From a virus, in IMG/VR virus record IMGVR_UViG_3300049827_000271, positions 10,404 through 74,403 of that record: 64,000 nt of DNA; one strand, given 5' to 3'. Within the stretch, counting starts at the first letter, position 1, and the number at the start of each line of letters is the position of its first letter. The translations under genes were made by a program, and so were the position numbers. Positions 56,601 to 64,000 of the stretch are shown here, piece after piece. The notes beneath the pieces were generated by a model, which was given only the letters and a program-made list of their open reading frames with translations, was not told the origin of the DNA and did no database searches.

Positions 56601-57104
56601 ATGCACAAGATTGTTTCCCGCCACATCCTTTGGCCATGCCTCTTGCTTCTAACGGCGTGCCACCATCCTGTTGGTCATCCCGCTTCCCCTCCGCTGCCTG
56701 CGCGTTCCGTCCCGCGATCCGGTCTGCTTCCATTGCGGCCCTGGACCAACATCATCCAGGAGACGCTGGTGCCCGCCGAGTTACGATGGAGCCAGCAGGC
56801 GGCTCCGGCTTTCATCAACGGCCAGTGCGTGGAAAGTAATTCATGTCCAATCATGCTCACAGTAGGCCGTCTCCAGTGGTTCTCGGCCAGCACGGAGGGA
56901 GGCGAGGAGACGAACCGGCTGGCGGTCCTGGCCTGGCCTGATCCCGCGTCTCCGGACACCGCGGTTCTGAAGGTCACAACCGCTGTGCGCCGAACTGCCG
57001 CTGGGAGTGAAATCATTTCCCGGACGACCAACGCCGGGACGGACAGGATAACCCTGTTGTCAGCAACCAATCCAACTGGATTTTTTTTAATACTTAGACC
57101 GTAA
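56601..57104 (+). CDS. putative lipoprotein
   Basis: LLLLTA-C lipobox; TN motifs; ends ATNPTGFF. Confidence 0.55.
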   Translation: MHKIVSRHILWPCLLLLTACHHPVGHPASPPLPARSVPRSGLLPLRPWTNIIQETLVPAELRWSQQAAPAFINGQCVESNSCPIMLTVGRLQWFSASTEGGEETNRLAVLAWPDPASPDTAVLKVTTAVRRTAAGSEIISRTTNAGTDRITLLSATNPTGFFLILRP

Positions 57105-57105
57105 T

Positions 57106-57474
57106 ATGAAAATAGAACAACACATACAACTAGACCGATGGATCGCCGTGAATATCAACAAATGGCCGGAGCCGGAGTGGGTTTACGATGATGGGATTGA
57201 CTACAAGCACGGGACGCCGGGCAACAGCGTGCTGTGCCGCTATGCGCCGACCGAAAACCGCAGCGAGGCCCTGCATGTGCTGGAGAAGTGCGCAGAGCGA
57301 ATGAGCAAGCTGCATGATGATGATCGCTATATCGCCATTGGCTATGAGCGTCTGACTGGCAATTTTATTGTATGCGAGTCAGACGTGGCCAACGGCATTA
57401 GCGTGGATGGGGATACGCTTCCACTCGCCATCTGCCTGTTCGCCCGCCGGCTCTTTGAGAAAGGCGCGGAATGA
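57106..57474 (+). CDS. phage ABA-sandwich (BC1872-like) protein
   Basis: LDRWIA...W...PTENRSEALHVLEK...TLPLAICLFA. Confidence 0.65.
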   Translation: MKIEQHIQLDRWIAVNINKWPEPEWVYDDGIDYKHGTPGNSVLCRYAPTENRSEALHVLEKCAERMSKLHDDDRYIAIGYERLTGNFIVCESDVANGISVDGDTLPLAICLFARRLFEKGAE

Positions 57475-57848
57475 ACACACCACAAACCGATCAGTGTGTC
57501 TCCGAAATACAGGCGCAGGTCCAAGCGCTGGAGAATGCCGGAACGACCGTGTGCATTGATGACGCAGAAAATATGTTGAAGGGTTACTTCGATAAGATCA
57601 TCGCGCTTTCCCGCCGGCTGGAGCAGGAGCTTTCCGCCGAGAAAGCGCGGGCGGAGGAGGCAGAGGAGGCGTTGGCGGAGTTGAAAGACGCGGCAGGGGC
57701 AATTTTCTCCGACTTCGTGGATGACGCTCTCGACCAGCCTTTTTGTGAAGTCCAAATGAACGTGCAGCTTGGCAAGGTGAGAAGGGTGATGCGCGCGATT
57801 TCAGCCGCCCGCTCCTCCGGCTTGACAAACGAAAAACCATCAGCGTGA
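57471..57848 (+). CDS. hypothetical coiled-coil protein
   Basis: MNTPQTD...RRLEQEL pattern common in small phage proteins. Confidence 0.6.
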   Translation: MNTPQTDQCVSEIQAQVQALENAGTTVCIDDAENMLKGYFDKIIALSRRLEQELSAEKARAEEAEEALAELKDAAGAIFSDFVDDALDQPFCEVQMNVQLGKVRRVMRAISAARSSGLTNEKPSA

Positions 57849-57994
57849 TTACCCCATGACGCAAAAAATCATCAACTGGCAGCGGCGCTACACCATCGTC
57901 AAATACCTGGCCTACACGATGGCCGCCGGCTCCCTCGTCTCCCTCTCCTACATCCTGAAGGCCATCGCCATCCACCTCGAAACCTGCCACTGAC

Positions 57995-58192
57995 ATGGCA
58001 TCCCACAGCCGCAAAAGAAAACCCTGCGATCCCAACCGCTGCTGCTTCTCGTTCCGGGGTTATGAGTGCCAGGAGAGCCCGGCTTGGTTCAGCACCAGCA
58101 ACGGACACACCACTTACTGGTGTGACGGACACAAGAAGGCTTTGGAACAGTACTGCTGCCCCGCCTCGTGGCAGAGATTGAGAGGCCCATGA
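57995..58192 (+). CDS. small Cys/His-rich protein
   Basis: RCC...C...WCDGH. Confidence 0.5.
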   Translation: MASHSRKRKPCDPNRCCFSFRGYECQESPAWFSTSNGHTTYWCDGHKKALEQYCCPASWQRLRGP

Positions 58193-58542
58193 ATATCCAT
58201 CTCCATCCCAACAAACGCCGCGGTGGCTGGTTCGTCGTCGCCTGCATCGTGGTCGTCGCCCTGGCCGTGGTCGTCACCATCACCTACTGCATTTACGACG
58301 CGGCCCAGATACCGCCCCGCCCGCCCCCGGACGAGGAGAACATCCGGTCGGTCATGTTCCGGGTGTCCGGCCTTGTCAACTCCACGAATGGCGCCGCCCG
58401 GATCACCGCACCGGTCGCTCGGGTCGGGAGGTTTGTACTCCAGTTCTCCACCAACTTGACGGACTGGCAGGACCGGGAGGCCATGCTGTTCGACGACCTG
58501 ACCAACCGCTGCGGTTTTTATCGCTGGAAACTTGAGCAATGA
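58189..58542 (+). CDS. membrane-anchored protein with an STNLTDW...FYR C-terminal domain
   Basis: N-terminal TM helix; LQFSTNLTDW...GFYR. Confidence 0.65.
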   Translation: MNIHLHPNKRRGGWFVVACIVVVALAVVVTITYCIYDAAQIPPRPPPDEENIRSVMFRVSGLVNSTNGAARITAPVARVGRFVLQFSTNLTDWQDREAMLFDDLTNRCGFYRWKLEQ

Positions 58543-58754
58543 AACCACAACATCACCTGCTACCCCTCCGGCCAGACTGCGCCCGGCTGGCCTCCCGCTG
58601 CCACCCGGACGCGGCCACGCACGTCCTGGTCCACGCCGATGACACGCTGGAAATGCGGTGCGCCCAATGCCAGAGGGCGTTCGCCTGGCTTCGGTTCAGC
58701 CCTCCACTTCAACCGGGCCGTCCGCGCGGTGCCGGAGCCAATGAGTCCGGATAG
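58539..58754 (+). CDS. small Zn-binding protein
   Basis: SRCHP...RCAQC; ATGA overlap. Confidence 0.55.
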   Translation: MKPQHHLLPLRPDCARLASRCHPDAATHVLVHADDTLEMRCAQCQRAFAWLRFSPPLQPGRPRGAGANESG

Positions 58755-58871
58755 CGACCGGATGAACTGTGAGGTAACGAGCAAATCACAGCGACGATTA
58801 ACAAATGGAAGAAAGCCCACTCCGCCGTATGACGGTGTGAACTCGTCAATTTCCGCTCCCGCCATTCAACG

Positions 58872-59312
58872 ATGTCAAACTGGATAACCTCCCCGGACAA
58901 CCGGCCCTCCCATTCCGCCCGCACTCCATCTGAGCGCGACCGGCTGGTCCACGAGGCCAAGGAGAAGCTGGTCCTCCTCAAAATGCAAAGGGAATCCCTT
59001 GACTTGGAGATCAACCGGAAGACCGTGCTGCTGGAGGAACTGCTGTTGATGAAAGACGAGTCCAAGGTGGCGCTGGTGGGCGGGCAGCTTCACGACCAGA
59101 CCGTGGCCGGGATGGTGATCAAGGCGCTGGACGCTCATGGCCAGGATGAGTTCACGGCCCGAGAGATCAAGAACCGGGCGATCCGCATGTTCCCCTTGGA
59201 GGAGCGCCGGATCAAGCTGGGGTTCTACGCCGCGCTCGCCCAACTGTCCAAGAAGGGGATGGTCCGGCGACGCTGCCGGAATCAGTGGAGCCGTATTCCA
59301 GTGGAGGTTTGA
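58872..59312 (+). CDS. coiled-coil plus winged-helix protein
   Basis: FTAREI...YAALAQLSKKGMV...W. Confidence 0.55.
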   Translation: MSNWITSPDNRPSHSARTPSERDRLVHEAKEKLVLLKMQRESLDLEINRKTVLLEELLLMKDESKVALVGGQLHDQTVAGMVIKALDAHGQDEFTAREIKNRAIRMFPLEERRIKLGFYAALAQLSKKGMVRRRCRNQWSRIPVEV

Positions 59313-59319
59313 TTGCGTA

Positions 59320-59346
59320 TGAAACGACTTGCGCGGGGTCGTTTCA
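59320..59346. terminator. hairpin between convergent gene blocks
   Basis: TGAAACGAC / GTCGTTTCA 9-bp stem with AT-rich flanks. Confidence 0.55.
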
Positions 59347-59371
59347 ATATACGAGCTAAAGTTGCCGAATC

Positions 59372-60037
59372 CTAGTTGGGCCACTTGGCGCACGTCGCAG
59401 CCAATTCGAGCAGGTAGTGCGCAAACGCGGGAGGTGTGGCGTTTGCCTCACGCTTTGAGAGTGTCGGTTTGTTTGCGGCCTTTCCGCGCTGGTCGTGGAA
59501 GCCGACTTGGTGCGAGCCGGTTGGCCGCTCCCATCGAGGTTGAAGTGGCGCATCCGTGCCGGAGCAGTAGAGCCACGTCCGCTTGTTCGCTCGATGGCCG
59601 TAGGCCGATTGCCAGACTTCGCAGACCAATCCTTGCTTCCATCGCGTTCATCCAGTTGCCGGACGCGGCAGGCCGTGCGCTGGCCATGCGTAGGTTTCTG
59701 CTGGATGTTCCAGCACACCGCCGCAGCGGTTCACGGTATCAAGCGCGAAGCGGAAGCATCCGCCATCGTTGCCCGGCTTGTTGTGTTCGCCGCCCCATCG
59801 CAGGTAGTTTATCTTCGCCATCTTTCCCCACAGTTGGCAGGGAGGATGCGCCACGACCGGCGCGTTGCCGGTGTAGGTCATCGCGTCACGCTCTGCATCG
59901 TAGCAGTCGCAGCCTAGCGACTTGTAGAGAGAGTCTTTCATCACAAACAACACGACGTGGCCCAACCATGCGCTGCTGCCAATGAGTGCCGCGTCGGGCA
60001 TCACTGTCGATTGAACGTCTTGGGTCGCGGCACTCAT
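59372..60037 (-). pseudogene. cassette-borne C5-cytosine methyltransferase-like gene with an in-frame TGA
   Basis: VAHPPC and VLEHP motifs; track ORFs 59648-60076 and 59372-59629 share a frame and are split by one TGA (59648-59650). Confidence 0.65.
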
Positions 60038-60058
60038 GGCAGAGCTTGGTCGTTCGGT
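59960..60058 (+). other. attC-like recombination site 1
   Basis: GCCCAAC-CATGC-GCT(G)CTGCC(A)ATGAGTGCCGCG ... CGCGGCACTCATGGCAGAGC-TTGGTC-GTTCGGT. Confidence 0.88.
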
Positions 60059-60312
60059 GGACCACACTTGTCGCATCGGACTTCGCCGTTATAGCGGAGG
60101 ATGTGCTCAAAGGAGTGCGTCTCCTTTTCTTCCGGCGTCACCCAGATTGTCCACGCTTCGCCATTGCACAGTTTGCAGTTCAGAGGGCCGTATAGTTCTC
60201 CAAATGTCACCGGGACATGCGTGCTTGAGCGTGGTTGCATCAACGAGGCCACCGAACAACCGGATGCAGACAACCCCGCCATTGCGCCTTGTTCGAGTTC
60301 AAGAGTCTTCAT
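60034..60312 (-). CDS. cassette-borne Zn-ribbon-like protein
   Basis: CKLC...CDKC; starts in attC2 and stops in attC1. Confidence 0.6.
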   Translation of the reverse strand: MKTLELEQGAMAGLSASGCSVASLMQPRSSTHVPVTFGELYGPLNCKLCNGEAWTIWVTPEEKETHSFEHILRYNGEVRCDKCGPPNDQALP

Positions 60313-60342
60313 GGGGGGGGTGTCTGATCCGGAGCGTTAGGC
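60251..60342 (+). other. attC-like recombination site 2
   Basis: ACCGAAC-AACCG-GAT(G)CAGACA(A)CCCC ... GGGGTGTCTGATC-CGGAGC-GTTAGGC. Confidence 0.88.
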
Positions 60343-60636
60343 ATCTAGGCCATCTTTCTTCATGGCGGCATCAACCGCATCGCGGTATGTGTCGCCCCAG
60401 CACGTTGTCCCGTCGCTGGCCATCACGAGGAATGGCGCTTCCTTCACGTTCTCGCGCTGGTGGGTTTCTTCGAGCCAGCACAGGTAGTCGAAGCAGTCAG
60501 CTTTATACATCATCTCCTGCGTCATCATCGCGCACAGGCGGGTTGCTAGTTGGTCGTCGGAGAGCTTTGACGCCGCCGAGCCACTGCATGGAGCAGAACC
60601 CGGCGGAGCGTCAGGCTGTTGAGAGTCACTTGGCAT
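60337..60636 (-). CDS. cassette-borne hypothetical protein
   Basis: SD AAAGGA and ATG in the attC3 loop; C-terminal TYRDAVDAAM motif; TAA stop lies in the attC2 core. Confidence 0.65.
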   Translation of the reverse strand: MPSDSQQPDAPPGSAPCSGSAASKLSDDQLATRLCAMMTQEMMYKADCFDYLCWLEETHQRENVKEAPFLVMASDGTTCWGDTYRDAVDAAMKKDGLDA

Positions 60637-60686
60637 TGGTATCCTTTCGGGTTGTCGCGCCGGGTCGCTCATGCAGGCCGTTAGGA
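60575..60686 (+). other. attC-like recombination site 3
   Basis: GCCGAGC-CACTG-CAT(G)GAGC(A)GA(A)CCCGGCG ... CGCCGGGTCGCTCATG-CAGGCC-GTTAGGA. Confidence 0.8.
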
Positions 60687-61195
60687 GAATAGAGCGCGCT
60701 CACCTTGCTTGGTGGGTGGACGCCTTTACCGAAGTCCAGCGCGAGAGCGACGAGCCACGGCAGATTGCCGATGGTCTTTTCTTCGCCGCCCGCTATCGCC
60801 TTCGATGACACCACTTCGATTTGTTCGGACTCCATTGATGTCAGTTTGTGCGGCTCGCCGATGGTGTAGAAGAACTCGACCTCAAAACTTCCGCCGTCGT
60901 TATTTGTTCCTGACATTGAGCAGAAGTGCGTCCAGTCGGAAGGCCACAGTCCGGCTTCTTCGCCGAACTCTCGGCACATGGCGTTGATTGCTTCTTCGCC
61001 GGCTTCGACCTTGCCGCCGATGCCGTTGAGCAGCCCGGCTTGCCACGCTGGTTTGTTTTTGCGGATTAACGCGACGTTCGACATGGCCACATCGAACATG
61101 AAGCCGACCACATATTTGGTTTGGCCCGATTCTCCTAGCAAGTCGCTGGAGGCAACGGCGGGTTTGCGTTGCTCGATTGTCTTTGGTGCATTCAT
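60626..61195 (-). CDS. cassette-borne NUDIX hydrolase
   Basis: Nudix box GGKVEAGEEAINAMCREFGEEAGL. Confidence 0.92.
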   Translation of the reverse strand: MNAPKTIEQRKPAVASSDLLGESGQTKYVVGFMFDVAMSNVALIRKNKPAWQAGLLNGIGGKVEAGEEAINAMCREFGEEAGLWPSDWTHFCSMSGTNNDGGSFEVEFFYTIGEPHKLTSMESEQIEVVSSKAIAGGEEKTIGNLPWLVALALDFGKGVHPPSKVSALYSPNGLHERPGATTRKDTNAK

Positions 61196-61238
61196 ACGTT
61201 TTGGTTGTTCTCGCCGTGCCTCAGCTTAATCGTCAGAT
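61133..61238 (+). other. attC-like recombination site 4
   Basis: TCCTAGC-AAGTC-GCT(G)GAGGCA(A)CGGCG ... CGCCGTGCCTCAGC-TTAATC-GTCAGAT. Confidence 0.8.
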
Positions 61239-61294
61239 ACAGGTTCATTGACCCCTCCCCTCTTCTACGTCACGCGCAGTCGTCACTGGTTCAT

Positions 61295-61600
61295 TCATGG
61301 TTTCCTTTCCGCTCCACCGTTTCCGCCGGAGCGGGCAGGGGGAGCTTTATCGTTTGGCTTACTCCGCCGCCATCCAGCGGGGCCGCTTGATCCCCCCCTA
61401 TTTTTAGACCGATGCAGGAACGCCTCACACACTGTCAGCCGGATATAAACTTGCTCGCAGTCGAGGCATATTGCCCGCCTCCACACGCCTGGCGCGTCTG
61501 TGTATTTGTAGCTAGAACAGACCGGGCAACGTCCGTCCGTGGAAGCCAGCCTGCCCGACGGTTCCCGTCTGGCTGGAGCGGGTGAAGGTTTATGGCTCAT
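61295..61600 (-). CDS. small Zn-ribbon protein
   Basis: CPVC...CLDC; ends PN-DKAPP in an attC right-arm remnant. Confidence 0.5.
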   Translation of the reverse strand: MSHKPSPAPARREPSGRLASTDGRCPVCSSYKYTDAPGVWRRAICLDCEQVYIRLTVCEAFLHRSKNRGGSSGPAGWRRSKPNDKAPPARSGGNGGAERKP

Positions 61601-62004
61601 CGTGCGGCTCCTTTCGCCGTGTCCCCAGCCGACCTGCTCCGCTCCCGTCTCTGCGCCTCCCGCTCGATCTTATCCAGCGAGTCGCAGTAGTCGCGGACGA
61701 ACTCGGACATGTATTTCCCAGCCCTATCCACCTTCCGGTTAAGAGCGCGGACCTTCTGTGTCAGGCTGTCGTTGCAATCCGGGCAGGACCATAACTGCTC
61801 TGCGTGCGGGGCATTCCCCTGTGAGGCCCAGTAGGCAGGGCGCCTTGGCTGAATGCTCACGAGCGATTTATTCAGGCATTGGCAGCAGGATTCCCTGCCG
61901 CACACCACGCAGGTTGCTGGCTGGCAGGCCATGTCCTCGGACCCGCCGCAGAAGTCGCAGACGTGAACCTCTCGTGTCTCGGTGATGGTTTGAGTGGATT
62001 TCAT
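61597..62004 (-). CDS. multi-CxxC Zn-finger protein
   Basis: CDFC, CVVC, CCQC, CPDC; ATGA overlaps. Confidence 0.65.
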   Translation of the reverse strand: MKSTQTITETREVHVCDFCGGSEDMACQPATCVVCGRESCCQCLNKSLVSIQPRRPAYWASQGNAPHAEQLWSCPDCNDSLTQKVRALNRKVDRAGKYMSEFVRDYCDSLDKIEREAQRRERSRSAGDTAKGAAR

Positions 62005-63314
62005 CGGACAGATGGTTGCTCGCCGTCCTCCTCGCGCGCTTCAGGTCCATCCAAATGCAGATCATCGCACAGGCCGCCCGCCAACAGTCCGGCGCACGGG
62101 CGCTCCGACTTCGGGGTGCAGGTGCATTTGACGGCCAGTTCTCCGACGAGCTTCTGGTGTTCCGGGCTGCCCTCCGGCGCCGCCTCCTCAACCTCCACCC
62201 GCGGCACATCGACGACCACACACGGCTCCGCCCCGTCCGTGGAGTTTCCACAGTGCGGGCAGATGACGTGGCCCTCCGCGTCCTCGGGCGTGTCCTGGGC
62301 CAGCCACCACTCATTCAGGCAGATCGTGCAACGGCAGGCCGGGGCGCCGGCAGGTCTTGGATTGGCCCTGGCCGCCCGATCCGCCTCCAGCGAGCGCCGA
62401 TCCTGCTCTCTTTGCTCTTGGAGCCAAGCCTCCTTCTCGGCCTTTTTCTTGGCCTCGTCCGCAGCCCGGTCCTGGCGTATCTTGGCCAGTAGTGCTTCCA
62501 TGTTTGGAGTTCCATCAGGATTTACCAGTGGGTCACGAACAGGTGGCTTGGCCGGCTCATAGGTCAATCTTCCGTCCGGGCGGAAGCGCGGGATCATCCC
62601 TTCGGTTGAAGTAGTTGGATTAAGTGGCTTGTTAGTGGGTTTAGGCTCTACTGAAGTCTTTTTTTCTATAGCTTCATCATTCTTGCATTTCAGTACTGCA
62701 ACTCCTGCTGCACTGAAGTTATTGTGAACTGAAGAATTGGTGCTCTTATCTGCTTCACTATCTGGTTTGCTGACTTTTTGACAGTGATTTGATGAATTTG
62801 ACGGCTGATTTTGGCCTTCCACTGCAATGTCATGCTGCACTTGGTTCTCGGTTTTAAGCACCCACTTTCCATTTTTGGTCGTGAGTTCTTTTTGGATGTT
62901 TCTCCAGTAGGTCCAGATGGTGCGTGCGCTGCGCTTGCGTTCCGCGGCTAGCCAATGGACAATCTCAGTGCTCCGGGCCGGATAGAGCGGGCACCGCAGG
63001 ATCATCTCCCGGATGATCTCTTTGTTGGACATGATGGAAGGGCGCCCAATGACCGTCTGTGAAGCTCTCTCTTTGTGGTCTTTGATAAATGTGGGATTGC
63101 CCTGCCACAGCTTGGTTTCCTTGTCATACACGATCATCCCGCGTTGCATGATCTGGGTGACAAAATGGTTCACCACGTCGTCGTGGGAAAGGAGCCATGC
63201 GGCTACCTGTGACTTCTTGATGTCGAACGGTTCCATGTCCCGGTTTGGGTAATGGCTCAACGGCGGCATGGTCGTTATTGTATCTGCGCATTTCGGTATT
63301 GACTTCGATAACAT
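62001..63314 (-). CDS. multidomain early protein (HTH-like segment, low-complexity linker, Zn-finger C-terminus)
   Basis: STEIVHW...KRSARTIW..W helix pair; CTIC...CPHC; start uncertain (63314, 63269 or later). Confidence 0.6.
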   Translation of the reverse strand: MLSKSIPKCADTITTMPPLSHYPNRDMEPFDIKKSQVAAWLLSHDDVVNHFVTQIMQRGMIVYDKETKLWQGNPTFIKDHKERASQTVIGRPSIMSNKEIIREMILRCPLYPARSTEIVHWLAAERKRSARTIWTYWRNIQKELTTKNGKWVLKTENQVQHDIAVEGQNQPSNSSNHCQKVSKPDSEADKSTNSSVHNNFSAAGVAVLKCKNDEAIEKKTSVEPKPTNKPLNPTTSTEGMIPRFRPDGRLTYEPAKPPVRDPLVNPDGTPNMEALLAKIRQDRAADEAKKKAEKEAWLQEQREQDRRSLEADRAARANPRPAGAPACRCTICLNEWWLAQDTPEDAEGHVICPHCGNSTDGAEPCVVVDVPRVEVEEAAPEGSPEHQKLVGELAVKCTCTPKSERPCAGLLAGGLCDDLHLDGPEAREEDGEQPSVR

Positions 63315-63322
63315 AGTGGTGA

Positions 63323-63350
63323 AGCCTACTGAAGATAATGCGAATGTCAA
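63323..63350 (-). promoter_or_regulatory. putative sigma70-type promoter
   Basis: TTGACA-N16-TAGGCT with an A-rich upstream element. Confidence 0.4.
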
Positions 63351-63423
63351 ACTCTTTTTACAACATTTTTTCAATCAGTGGTTGCAGTCAGTGCAGCACT
63401 GATGCACCGTGCTGCAAATGCAC

Positions 63424-63532
63424 AGCGGAAAAGGCAGGCCGATGCACACTGCAAGGGAGGGTGGGGGCCCCTACCCCCAACCCTCCCTTGCATTGGCATG
63501 TGCTTTCGCTCGGCCTGCCGATCTTTTCCGCT
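63424..63532. repeat. long imperfect inverted repeat (~109 bp)
   Basis: AGCGGAAAAG-GCAGGCCGA...TGCAAGGGAGGGTGGGGG / CCCCCAACCCTCCCTTGCA...TCGGCCTGC...CTTTTCCGCT. Confidence 0.8.
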
Positions 63533-64000
63533 CCCGCGCGTATCTGGCGGGATGGGAGGAGGGGATGAGGAAGAAAAAAGACCAACAACTTGAACTGGCG
63601 GTTGAGAGCGACAACTACCGGGTGGTCGAGGTGTGGCTGGAGGAGCTTTACCACCGGATGACCCACCTTGAACCTGGGTGGAGGGTGTTAAGCCTGATCT
63701 TCAAGGAGAAGGGAATGGGGCATGGCAGGGCCAGGCTTGGCCTAGGGCGCGTCGGAAGCACCTTGGGGGTATCCAGACACCCCCCAGAGGATCAGACCGG
63801 CCTTAAATCGCCAGCACGGCCCCTGGAGCCGGGTGGAAATTCGACGGTTGGCGGTGGAAACAAGTGCGATAATAGCGAGATGAGCGAGGGGGAGATGTTA
63901 TAGGGGTTGAAACGAGTGGGATGGGTTAGTGTTGAATGAGGGGAGGGGAAGGAGGGTGAAAAAGTGGGGGGAAAGGATGAAAATTGGCGTTGTTGTAAGT

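Larger units (their letters stand above)
1..64000. mobile_element. Tailed dsDNA bacteriophage/prophage, podovirus-like (near-complete genome, ends not seen)
   Basis: Terminase, portal/scaffold/capsid-type gene order, giant internal virion protein, RecT/RecE, SSB, primase-helicase and many short ATGA-coupled ORFs; no bacterial housekeeping genes; no tape-measure or sheath gene recognised. Confidence 0.93.

Noticed and set aside
59648-59650. Genome-wide TGA-to-Trp recoding
   Set aside because: TGA terminates many well-defined genes with ATGA/GTGA coupling; this is a single case.
61327-61575. Additional full attC sites around ORF 61295-61600
   Set aside because: Only a right-arm remnant (GGAGC-TTTATC-GTTTGGC, core 61352-61358) and a loose hairpin at 61512-61570 without a GTT core; ends are not complementary. 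Counted as a remnant only.
1-64000. tRNA/rRNA genes, reverse transcriptase or DGR
   Set aside because: No cloverleaf with a T-loop, RT motifs or TR/VR pair seen by eye; a tRNAscan-SE/HMM run would be needed to exclude them fully.

Overview
The window looks like most of a tailed dsDNA phage or prophage genome with podovirus-like organisation. The host is probably Verrucomicrobiota, inferred from the SSB sequence and the TN-rich / STNLxxW...FYR exported proteins. Layout: early ORFs and a tyrosine recombinase (+, 15-2641); an HU-like gene and a ~35 kb virion operon on the minus strand (giant 3629-aa internal protein, ejection proteins, tail tubular protein, FN3/vWA tail proteins, two glycosyltransferases and a methyltransferase, an adaptor-phosphoesterase fusion, capsid, scaffold, portal); a divergent terminase; exported TN-rich/LamG and lysis-type genes (+, 40-45 kb); a recombination/replication block (RecT, RecE-like, DnaQ, VRR-NUC, MazG, SSB, primase-helicase); and converging blocks of small accessory genes. 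The standout observation is six clear integron attC-type hairpin sites plus two remnants among the accessory genes (51.7-52.3, 56.1-56.6 and 59.4-61.4 kb). They delimit cassette-like units whose ends are complementary. Every cassette ORF runs antisense to the usual cassette orientation, and the attC itself carries the start codon (often with an SD) of one gene and the C-terminal tail and stop of its neighbour. No IntI-type integrase is visible. All calls come from reading motifs by eye; no database search was run.
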